64,000 nt of DNA, taken from Neophaeotheca triangularis. Its lineage: Eukaryota. Made by a program: the position numbers and the translations under genes. The stretch lies in NCBI GenBank assembly GCA_054600435.1, contig BAAIJX010000030.1, forward strand, positions 62,001 to 126,000. Direction: 5' to 3'. The notes under the pieces were generated by a model that had not been told where the DNA came from, searched no databases, and was given only the letters and a program-made list of their open reading frames with translations. Shown piece by piece: positions 52,101 to 60,868 of the stretch; positions within the stretch are counted from its first letter, which is position 1; every line of letters starts with the position of its first letter.

Positions 52101-53684
52101 AAGGCGAAGTTCAAAATCTTGCCTCTGCACTCCACGGTTCCCAAAGAAGAGCAAGCGGATATTTTCAACCCGGCCCCTGAAGGTTGCCGCAAGATCATTC
52201 TCTCCACCAACATTGCCGAGACTTCTGTCACTGTGGCCGACGTAAAGTATGTTGTCGACACTGGAAAGCTGCGTGAGAAGCGTTACGATCAAGTCCGCCG
52301 CATCACGAAGTTGCAGTGCGTTTGGGAGAGCAAGTCAAATGCCAAGCAGCGCGCAGGCCGTGCCGGTCGTGTACAGGACGGCTACTACTACGCCCTGTTC
52401 TCAAAGGAGCGCCACGATTCCCTGCGTACTGTTGGTTTGCCGGAGTTGCTGCGTTCTGACCTCCAAGAGACATGCCTCGAGATCAAGGCGCAGAACTTCA
52501 AAGAGCCTGTCGCAGATTTTCTCGCGCAAGCGATAGAACCTCCGCCCCAGTCTGCCATCGCGGCAGCTGTGGAGAATCTCAAAGGCATGGAGGCTTTCAC
52601 GGAAGAAGAAGAGTTGACTGATCTCGGCCGTTTGCTCTCCAAGCTCCCCGTTCACCCTAGTCTCGGCAAGATGATCGTCTTGGGCGTTATATTCCGTTGC
52701 CTCGATCCCATGTTGGTTTTAGGAGCGGCAGCCGAGGAGCGAAGCATCTTTGTGACCCCAATCGACCGTCGAGACGAAGCAAGACAGGCCCACAGATCCT
52801 ACAGCACGCAGAACAGCGACCACTTGGCTTTCCTATCCGCCTTCAGCGAGCTACACACTCTGCGCGACCAACAAGGCCAGCACGCCATGTTCCAGCGCTC
52901 CATGGAGAAGTTCCTCCACGCCAGCGCTTTCCGCTCAATCGACGGCACAGCCCAACAAATCGTCAAAACTCTAAGCGAAACCGGGCTAATTCCCAAGTCG
53001 ACAACCGCCGAGCGCGGCGCAAGCCTCTACAGCCACAGCAGCCTCAACCGCAATTCCAACAACTCCTCGCTAATCAAATGTCTCTTGATGGCCGGCCACC
53101 ACCCGAACCTTGCGGCCAAATACACCTCCAAAGGCCTCCTCTACCGCACGCCCAGCGAGCAAGCCGTCCTCATGCACCCAGCCTCCCTCAACGCCAAGCC
53201 GACCCGGGGCGAACAGCACCCCTACGGCGCGCTCTTCGCCTACAGCACCCTCGCCCGCAGCAACGACGGCAGCACCCTGTACATGCGCGACTGCACCCAA
53301 GTCTCACCGCTAATGGCGACGCTCTTCGGCGGCAAGCTGCGCATGCACTCGGGCAACCGGCTGGAAATGGACGCCTGGCTGCCGTTTTTTGTCAAAGCCG
53401 ACGGTCGCCAGTTCGCGACAAAGCTCATTTTGGAGTTTAGGAAGGCTCTGGACCGCGTGCTCAATCGCGCTTTCAAGAGCCTGAGTTCGGCCCGTCCCAC
53501 CGATCGCGGCACTTTTGCTGATGATCCTGTGCGCGAGGTCTTCTCTGCCGGCTTGGTGCAGGCGCTGAATCAGGCTTCCGGGCAGCAGCAGCAGCACCAG
53601 CACCAGCACCAGCAGCACCAGCAGCACCAGGGGTGGGGAGCGCTGAAGGGGAAATTGGAGGGCATGCCTAGGGCGAGGATGTAG
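49176..53684 (+). CDS. DEAH/RHA ATP-dependent RNA helicase with dsRBD-like N-terminus (DHX30/DHX9-like), likely mitochondrial
   Basis: Intronless ORF of about 1500 aa. TGSGKTTQ, TQPRRIAA, DEVH, MSAT, STNIAETS, QRAGRAGR, HA2/OB region; Arg/Ser-rich presequence-like N-terminus; C-terminal Q/H run. Confidence 0.93.
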   Translation: MAMSRLPLALRYIALSKATVGRTPSRLLQSPGRTSTLRDHLRHRGGRCSYATVDTSDTDSLWNKTGIDATPQFAPNARGDEESGVQVSRSESTTANPAKLDNSRQQLLTYVHSFSRGSKTNKPRNRKRWQLIKSKLNAVRKLPTSEADQQLKHLASILHAGKFFETFASEFKQAGEKRRATEARRLGNAASGGQAEPDAQSAPEAQSQGNAAKEPSPAMTLEQMQWTLPLPSPEAYPGADAHLFEPKQLYGALSNKCRELKLGMQVDLDFSQRFLGATRKANSNRKYQPQCAFVCAATLEIPEICSEIGRGEGQNKQLAKSAAWMHLVSKLHVSGALKQLFPGPEQPASGEGKDKAVEATSLDKETMSAEKDAKVDVYNYAAGFGLVPVFETRTVPARPGRRRRPGAPAKLQQTTIKLTERGIEVSAASQDLKTSGVAAALAFKQEAEQRHAAGDTAPSSALTVDTAIPFFDFLRSRVQNLSIEVEHESKKGNFNTAHLVINGEPAHQGVTMQTKKQAEAVAYLVAAIKITNDDPDLLKDFEQLLTKGKGKILRDLMPMDLDAEYEMLITMRQALVVAREAGLPDQRLVLEAEDAQQSSRPRKSARAISAADIAVADQRLLERQRAFMSDRNLASLRETKSKLPMNEHRDAVLEMISGSQYSIVQGLTGSGKTTQVPQIILEDAIWSKSGGSCNIICTQPRRIAATSVAQRVAEERNEPLRETVGYHVRNDAKLPLPGGSINYCTTGILLEQLKHDSDGVFDSTSHIIIDEVHERDMNIDFLMVVLRKAIAGRLETGKAVPKVVLMSATLDSELFAQYFANDSNAGQSTLCPSIAVPGRTFPVTEKHLGGIMQDLLHSGKNEINGLIDLDKRCRDYLSSETAFSASQGQSTSGSSSDLVIDWKRQRQPEIEGEPSAAQEKEEALVPVPLLAATLAHICNTTEDGAILAFLPGLDEIVKTRRFLEEHKIFGLNFNNKAKFKILPLHSTVPKEEQADIFNPAPEGCRKIILSTNIAETSVTVADVKYVVDTGKLREKRYDQVRRITKLQCVWESKSNAKQRAGRAGRVQDGYYYALFSKERHDSLRTVGLPELLRSDLQETCLEIKAQNFKEPVADFLAQAIEPPPQSAIAAAVENLKGMEAFTEEEELTDLGRLLSKLPVHPSLGKMIVLGVIFRCLDPMLVLGAAAEERSIFVTPIDRRDEARQAHRSYSTQNSDHLAFLSAFSELHTLRDQQGQHAMFQRSMEKFLHASAFRSIDGTAQQIVKTLSETGLIPKSTTAERGASLYSHSSLNRNSNNSSLIKCLLMAGHHPNLAAKYTSKGLLYRTPSEQAVLMHPASLNAKPTRGEQHPYGALFAYSTLARSNDGSTLYMRDCTQVSPLMATLFGGKLRMHSGNRLEMDAWLPFFVKADGRQFATKLILEFRKALDRVLNRAFKSLSSARPTDRGTFADDPVREVFSAGLVQALNQASGQQQQHQHQHQQHQQHQGWGALKGKLEGMPRARM

Positions 53685-54135
53685 GACATTCGGAGCTTGA
53701 AGGAGAAGGAGAAGATGAACTAGACGAAAGGTGTAAGATAAAGAGCGTTTTGAACGGCGCAATCGCATTCTTTTCGAGAGCAAGACGCTTTGAGAGACGA
53801 AAGTAGAAAGCGAAGATACCCGAATTTTGGTTAGCATTCGATTGGCGGTTTTGCTCATTGCTATTTTGTAACATCACCGCTCTTGTAGATTATTTGGCGA
53901 GGAGTTTGAGCGGGTGTAAATAGATTTCTGTACTCCTATGGACGAGCATGTGCTATCCACTGCATATGAAAAAAAAACCGGGGTATCTATCTTCCTCATT
54001 TCGCCAGGTGCGCCTTGCAACAAACGTCGCTTATTCTGTGGTGTTTGGTGCAGAATGTAACTCTCTGCACGCAATGAGCGCGGAGAGTGATCGTTGCCTT
54101 ATGCGCCAGACCAAAGTGGCCGCTGAAGTCCAAGC

Positions 54136-55622
54136 TCAAGCGGTGCTCTCTATGTCGTCCACAAACCTGAGGCTCACGCCGACATTGTCCTTGCCTCTGC
54201 CGTAAGCGTAGTGACCCGCCGTGTAACCATCCTTGGGAGAAGATGATTGGTCGTCCTCCGAGCCATCCTCAGTTCCGTCGTTCAAATTGAGCATATCAAA
54301 TCGATTGGCCAAGGGCATTTTCCTAGGAGGGGGTGCTCTGACAGAAGATTTGGGGGTGAGCGTGCGAACGGGGAGCGGCGTGTCGCATTCGTCCCTGGAG
54401 AACTCGATCTTGCAGCCTTTGTAAGTGGTACGGCTGAGCATGCACGTGCGAGCGAAGAGGGCATTGTGGACGCTGTTCATCGAGACGAGAGCGGCGCCGT
54501 TGCGGAACGTGATGTCGACGATGACTAGCTGGTGGATATGTTCCATGTCATCGCGGATGCGCTCCTCGGTGAAATCGCGCTCGACAGCAGAGTGAATGAC
54601 GATGTTACGAGTGGCGCCATTAGCAATCTTGTTCTCGATGTGACCGTTGAGGTGAAACTGGCGGTCTGCCCAACGAACGTCGATCTGATAAAGGTCAGCT
54701 ATGTTTCATTCAGGTGCAGCGTCTCGTTTGAGCAAGATTGACATACCCTTTTGTGGCGAAGATAGATGTCGTTGCGTTTGGCCCAGGCCAGAAAATCAGC
54801 CGCTCCATCCACGAAAGATACGGTGGCGCTTCGCTCCGATCGCATTGCGACGTTCAGCAGCTTGCCACCTTTTACCAGCGATACAACTTCCTTGTAGGTA
54901 GTTCCTTCGGGCAGTCCAGCGAAGTAAAGCGTGCGCGGAGGAGTCCCGTAGGCACCACTGGGCTCTGGTTCGGCTTGCTCAGCGTCGTCGATGAAGCTGT
55001 CGACTCCGTCGTATCCATCATCGTATTGCGGAGACACTCGACGGGCGTTTGTACGACGCTGATGGCCTTGAAGGCGAGGTTGGTTCCGATGCTGGAGGCG
55101 TTCATCACCCGTAAACTCGTTGCAGGGGCGATTTGATGGCGTGCGGAGGTATTCTTGGGTCTCGTTGGCACTTGTAGAAACGTCGGCTTCGTTTGCAGCC
55201 TCCGTTTGCCCTGAGCCAGCAATGAGAAGATCGATGGTTTCTGATGTCACGCCACCCTGAAATAATGCAGTCTTCAGACGATCGAGCTGATAAGACGTGC
55301 GAAGCTTGAACATGTCAGAAAAGGAGGAAGAGAATCTTGAGTTGGAATCTCACTTACTAGGCCGTCGTATTCGGTCTTTGCGATGGTGACACTGGCATAA
55401 TCCGGCTGGACGAATTTCTGAGGATCAGCATGCTATGGAAGTGTCAGTGAAGTTTTCGTCAAGCAATACGCCCAGAATAGAGATGCTCACGGAGTTGGCC
55501 CTGTAGAATCGTATCAGTACAGATCTCGTCAGCGTTCTCACGACAAGGCTTAGATAAACTCACCTGCGAAGAAGAGCATCGAAATCGGCACGGCTAACGG
55601 TGACATTGTCGGCGTCAGACAT
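54136..55622 (-). CDS. RRM-domain RNA-binding protein
   Basis: Exons 55622-55564, 55500-55491 (10-nt microexon), 55432-55358, 55304-54747, 54684-54136; all phases are consistent. RTLYFAGLP...VKGGKLL..SATVSF, IDVRWADRQF, GATRN, ALFARTCMLSR..YKGCKIEF..DEC. Confidence 0.85.
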
Positions 55623-55914
55623 GATGGCGACAAAAGGAAAGAGATTTACTCCTACACTGGAAGCAGAAGAACATGTATAGAAGTGAAAGGAGGAGGTGAG
55701 GTTGAGGTTGCAGAGGTGGAAGGCACAGTAGCAAGAGCAAGACAGGCTTGGCAGCGATAGGCGCTATCGAGGCTATGACTGGCGAATCCCTGCACCCCCA
55801 CACTCTGTCAGCCGTTTCGTTGATCCGAAGCTCTGCCGGCCAGACAAGTCGAACTTTAGCGAGACTTCACTACATGTTTCTCCAAAGCCAAAATTAATCT
55901 GCATCCCAACATAT

Positions 55915-57381
55915 ATGGACAGCAATGCTGCCCCGTCCGCTCCTACGGCGCAGGACGCTGTAGTGAAACATGATCTATCAGCAGCTCCCCCCAATCGGCA
56001 GGACATCGTCAACGAGCTTGCAAAAGTCGGCAAAAACGATGGTTCCATCTATCAGCAGCTGGCGAACAACCCCTTGTTCACCGCGGGCTTTGGTCTCGCT
56101 GGCTTGGGTGCAGCGGTGAGATTTGGCTCTCAGGGACTCAGGCGAGGTGCCGATCTCTTAAGGAAGCGCATGCTTGTAGATCTTGAAATCACAAGACATG
56201 ACGCCTCTTACCCCTGGGTCCTCAACTGGATGACTTCCCATTACCAAAACCAGCTAAACCCCGAGTCCGTACAAAGACCAACTGGGATGATGGAATCTCT
56301 GATACAACGCTTTATGCCCGGGCTACATCATCTCCAGATCAAGACCGACCGCGTCAAGACTCCGAGTGGCTCGGAACAGACTGCCTTTTCTCTCGTCCCC
56401 GGTCACGGCAAACACATCCTCCGCTACAAAAACGCCTTCATCGCCGTCAACCGTGAAAGGGTAGGCAAGAGCTTCGACGCCAACGGACAGCCTTTTGAAA
56501 CCGTAACCTTGACGACTTTGTATTACTACCGAGACGTTTTCGAGGACCTTTTTCGAGAAGCTCACGAAATGGCTTCCCGGAGCACAGAAGGCAAGACTGT
56601 AGTCTACACCAGCCAGATGATGAGCTGGCAGCCCTCCGGTCAACCTAAGAGAAGACGACCTTTCGATTCCGTCGTACTTGAGGAGGGCCTCTCCGAGAAG
56701 ATCCTAGGCGACGTACGAGAATTCCTAGACGCTCGAACCTGGTATCTAGACCGCGGCATTCCCTATCGCCGGGGCTACCTCCTATATGGCCCGCCCGGAA
56801 CTGGCAAGACGTCTTTCGTGCAAGCGCTCGCTGGCCGTCTCGACTTCAACATTGCCATGCTTAGTCTGAGCCAGCGAGGTCTAACCGACGACTTGTTGAA
56901 TCAGCTACTGCTGACTGTCCCACCTCGCACGATAGTGCTACTCGAAGACGCCGATGCGGCTTTCAGCAACCGGAGACAACGTGACGAAGACGGCTTCAGC
57001 GGTGCCACAGTCACTTTCTCCGGTCTCTTGAATGCACTCGACGGCGTGGCGAGTGCGGAAGAGCGGATAATCTTCATGACGACAAACCACATCGACCGCC
57101 TCGACGATGCCCTCATCCGGCCGGGAAGAGTCGATATGACTGTGAACCTGGGATACGCCACAGAATGGCAGATGGGTGAATTGTGGGATCGCTTCTATCC
57201 TACTGTTGGGGAGGGCGGCGATGGTGGCAAGGAGCGCTTCCTTCAGCGTGCTCGCGAGCTTGGCGTGGTGGATAACGTCAGCACGGCGGCATTGCAGGGG
57301 CTGTTTCTGTACAACAAGGATGATGCCGAGGGCGCCATTGCTATGGTCGATCAGTTGAAACCCGTAGCACCCAAGGGATAG
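55915..57381 (+). CDS. BCS1: Mitochondrial AAA chaperone for complex III Rieske protein insertion
   Basis: NPLFTAGFGLAGLG TM segment, [66 protein letters not shown]. Confidence 0.96.
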   Translation: MDSNAAPSAPTAQDAVVKHDLSAAPPNRQDIVNELAKVGKNDGSIYQQLANNPLFTAGFGLAGLGAAVRFGSQGLRRGADLLRKRMLVDLEITRHDASYPWVLNWMTSHYQNQLNPESVQRPTGMMESLIQRFMPGLHHLQIKTDRVKTPSGSEQTAFSLVPGHGKHILRYKNAFIAVNRERVGKSFDANGQPFETVTLTTLYYYRDVFEDLFREAHEMASRSTEGKTVVYTSQMMSWQPSGQPKRRRPFDSVVLEEGLSEKILGDVREFLDARTWYLDRGIPYRRGYLLYGPPGTGKTSFVQALAGRLDFNIAMLSLSQRGLTDDLLNQLLLTVPPRTIVLLEDADAAFSNRRQRDEDGFSGATVTFSGLLNALDGVASAEERIIFMTTNHIDRLDDALIRPGRVDMTVNLGYATEWQMGELWDRFYPTVGEGGDGGKERFLQRARELGVVDNVSTAALQGLFLYNKDDAEGAIAMVDQLKPVAPKG

Positions 57382-57621
57382 TGCACTTGCACCATAAAAC
57401 TAATGTAACAATATTTGACTTGTAAAGAGCTTTCCTTCACAGCACCTTCTCCGCAGAGACTTCTTAGATGACTTTTCCTTTAATAATATCTACCTTTTTT
57501 TATGCACAGAAACGTAGATTTTTGACGAAGCAACGGACAGACATGGAAATTGTGAGACATTCAAGCCTCCATTGGAAGAAAGAATAAACAAAGACCACTC
57601 CAAAGTAGCAAGAGTAAAAGG

Positions 57622-57636
57622 AAAAAACAACAAAAA
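57622..57636 (-). terminator. RNA polymerase III-type oligo(T) terminator downstream of tRNA-Tyr
   Basis: Minus-strand T5 (57636-57632) and T6 (57627-57622), beginning about 15 nt after the discriminator base. Confidence 0.7.
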
Positions 57637-57651
57637 GGAATGTAAGGAATG

Positions 57652-57874
57652 TCTCCCCTCCCGGCTACTATAGTGTTAGATATTGGTCGCCAATGACATC
57701 GATATTGGAGTGTCGCTTACGTTCGAACCAGGGACCTTGAGATAACGCCGTTCTAAAGGCTTTATCGGCTGAACAATTACAGTCTCACGCTCTTCCAACT
57801 GAGCCTAGTTTTCTTGTAAGAAAGTGCTCGAATTGCCGAGTGGGCTTGTTTGAGTCGCGACTTACTAAGGAGAG
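57652..57874 (-). tRNA. tRNA-Tyr(GUA) in four exons: two spliceosomal-type introns plus one canonical tRNA intron
   Basis: Exons 57874-57866 (nt 1-9), 57804-57777 (10-37), 57743-57721 (38-60), 57664-57652 (61-73). Joined: CTCTCCT TA GCTC AGTTGGAA GAGC G TGAGA CTGTAAA TCTCA AGGTC CCTGG TTCGAAC CCGGG AGGGGAG A. All four stems pair; C1-G72 and A73 are the eukaryotic Tyr identity elements. Confidence 0.88.
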
Positions 57875-57903
57875 TGGGTTCCCGACGCGGGTCAGGGATA
57901 TGG

Positions 57904-57910
57904 TTTTATA
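57904..57910 (-). promoter_or_regulatory. TATA box upstream of tRNA-Tyr
   Basis: TATAAAA on the minus strand, 30-36 nt upstream of the mature tRNA 5' end. Confidence 0.6.
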
Positions 57911-60110
57911 TTGGCTTGAACAATAGTGCCGAGGTTGTGACGAAAAGTGGGTCGCTACCGAGCATGGGTGTTTTGGTTGTTGTTTGTCTAAACCGAGAAT
58001 TGAATGGAGCTTTGGCTACTGTTGCTTGGAAGCATATCGCTGTTGAGACTACTGTAGACGTTCCCTCACATCCCTCTTTAACGTTGCTGCCCCATATCCT
58101 CACCCATCTCGCCACGCTCCATCAATGCATCTGGGCGACGACGCAACGCTTGCCATCTCTCTGCTGCAAACACTTTAGCAAGTGCATCGTGGCAAGTCAG
58201 AGACGAAAACAATGTTATACGCTTCTCGGTGAGGCTGTGGTGCGCGGGCTCGCTGCAGTGCGGCGTCTTGCAAGCGGAAATGTCGTATGGGATATACCTA
58301 TCTACGGTCAATTACGTCCATACCCCTCTCTACAAAGTTCGCCGGGAGCGTGTACCAAGTTCGTAATCCGTCAATTGTCTCTTGGTCCCGGCGAGACGAT
58401 GTCCATCAGTGGCGAAGAGATGGCTTTGATGCTCGGAGCGTTCGACTGCGCAATCGTGGGCTGCAACGAGCGGATCATGCCCATGTTTCAAGCTGCTGCG
58501 GCCGGAAAGAGTGGTAGTGGTCTTAAGACAGCGGCCGTCGAGGTCGAGAACGCTGTAGCCGGCTTGGATGTAGCTTGCCGCCTTAGTGGTTGAAACCTTG
58601 GCTTCGCCACCGTGGAGGGCTACGATTACTTCCTCGCTGATGTTGTTCACGGAGACTCTGTGGGTTTTTGACATTTTTGAAATCTCCATCTGTGTTACCG
58701 CAAGCTCTATAGCCTTGTGGTTTGTATTGATGTTGCTCAAGGTCTCCCAGCTGGAGGCTTGAAATAGTTGTTGTCTTCGCTGGGCGGTGGTGAAGTCGCA
58801 TCCTGTAGTGTTTTAAAGGCGTCGTAGAGAACCTACGCATGGCCCGGCGTTCTGAGTCCATGACGTGAATGCGATAGATTTGGCAAGGACAAGTGAATAT
58901 AAAACACTTAGGTCGATGGCAAATCGCTGGGAAGGTTTTGGCAATACAAAAAGACGATGGAAGAAAGAGAAGAAATCCACAGCAAGGGAAGTGGAAAGAT
59001 ATAGACTGTGCATGAGATTGAATACGCAAAGGACCGGACGTGCTGTAAACCAGATCTCAGATATTTATCTACCGTTTTGGCCTCCCTTTGAGCTCTATTT
59101 CATCGTGCATCTATACCTTCAATGCTTTACGGCCGAAGTTTCAGATGTCAAAAAGTCATCGTTGTGCTTCTAGTACCTACAAGTATTGATCTGCCAGCAG
59201 CAGACCGTTCGTTCGGTGTCCGAAGCCATTCGAGTTCCTCGAAGGGAACTGTGTCTCCCGCAGCATTAGAGGCCAGCGCCACAATATGTCGCAGAGCGTT
59301 TGTTGAACATCGTCGTAGAGATGAATAGGCCCTTGTTCGCAGAATAGGGGACACGGAGCCAGACTCGATAGTGTGGCGAAGTCTACAACTACTTTCCAGC
59401 TATGTAGCCCGATTGTGATTTTCCCCCAAAGTCATGATGAATCGAGCCTGGAGGCTATCAATCGAGCTTCTTGTTTATCGATTCATAAAATTCTATCCTG
59501 GAGTGGGAAGTAGCTCAACTCTCGGATGCGCGTTGGAGCTATGTCATGCCATGCTGATAGGAGTCATGGTGCTGTTTTTGGTGTAGGAGAAGGGTTGTTG
59601 CTTGTTGCGTGTGCCCTCTGAGATAGTCACGTGACGCCCAACGCGCTATCGGTATCTTGACCAGCAGACAGTGCAATCAGCCTGATATGAGCACTCCACC
59701 CACGTAGCGCGACTGCAGAGGTACGCCGGCATGAGAGTGAATTGGAAGCGACGAGGTGTCGTTGAAACCTCCAGGCTCCGGCATCCCACACCCCTGATAC
59801 GGGCGGAATGCACAGACCACATCCAGTGACGTCGAGCCTGCCCCACCAAAAACGACAGCAGGGTGCGGCCCAGGTGGGCTTCCATGACATTGTCCCTCCA
59901 TCACCGATTTGCAAACTCGACTACAAAACCAATCGAAACAGCGACAATACCAACAACTCACCCACCCACTACACACCGACCTCCAAAAGTAAGTGCAATT
60001 CACCGAATCCATCATCGAACCCCAGCTCCCTAACACCCAACACCCAGCCAACCAACAAGCCCCAAAACAAACCAAACCCAACCCCACCCCCCAAAACAAC
60101 CACCACCAAA

Positions 60111-60314
60111 ATGTCCGCTCCCCAGCAAGGCCGCCAGTCCCCCGAGCCCGAGCGCCAGACCGGCGCCCAGCAGCAGGCCCCTCCCGCGAAGCCCAACGAC
60201 CAGGGCGCCGGCCCCGGCGAGAAGGCCGCCGACGCCAGCCAGAACCAGCTGAACAACTTGGCCAGCAACCCCAAGGGCCCGCTCGACGACGCCGCGCACG
60301 AGAAGACGAAGTAA
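60111..60314 (+). CDS. Small hydrophilic protein (67 aa) resembling a conserved fungal family; 5'-UTR intron at 59989-60047
   Basis: MSAPQQGRQSPEPERQTGAQ...LASNPKGPLDDAAHEKTK; very strong C/G-ending codon bias; CAAAATG start context; upstream GTAAGT...CTAAC...CAG. Confidence 0.8.
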   Translation: MSAPQQGRQSPEPERQTGAQQQAPPAKPNDQGAGPGEKAADASQNQLNNLASNPKGPLDDAAHEKTK

Positions 60315-60868
60315 GGACCGAATTGACTTGAATTGATCATGACGAACATATGATGGGACTTTTGCGGCAGGGGCTGGAAACGGAAGGGCTTGAGGCATCT
60401 CGGCTTTTGCCAGAGGCAGGCCCCTCGTGGAGTAGGGCTAGCTTAGGCTAGCTTAGCTATCTGCGTATCCGGTCTAGATGCTCGGATACGATGTACACAG
60501 ATGGCGATAACGACCGTTTCCGAGCTCCTTTGCGTTTCTTTTTTTCGTCGGGATGCTCATTGCAAGTCTGCTAGTCATCACGTGGTGTTCGAAGACAGGT
60601 GCACGTTAAGGGAGGGCCTTAAAATGTCAAGTCAAATCGAAATGTGTATATCTTTGGTTTATCCTCTATTCTCAAAAAACCGGAACAAATTGTCGCCGGT
60701 TCACGCCAGCCAAGCAGGGTATATGCCTTTCCGAAACAGTCACGAAACCTCCCTCGTTGCTCTCTCACAGCCTATAGCTAGTGGTCAAGCCAAAGACAGA
60801 ACAACGCCAAAACACCACACCACAAATGTTCAATGTCCAGCAACACTTCAGACTCGTTGAAGACCCCC

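Noticed and set aside
20249..57381. Mitochondrial gene 'cluster' (PDB1, SAM50, NAPE-PLD, helicase, BCS1)
   Set aside because: The genes are spread over 37 kb among unrelated genes and share no visible motif; this is compatible with chance.
57850..58593. 247-aa plus-strand ORF as a protein-coding gene
   Set aside because: TTG start, no motifs, and it overlaps tRNA exon 1 in antisense; not listed as a CDS.
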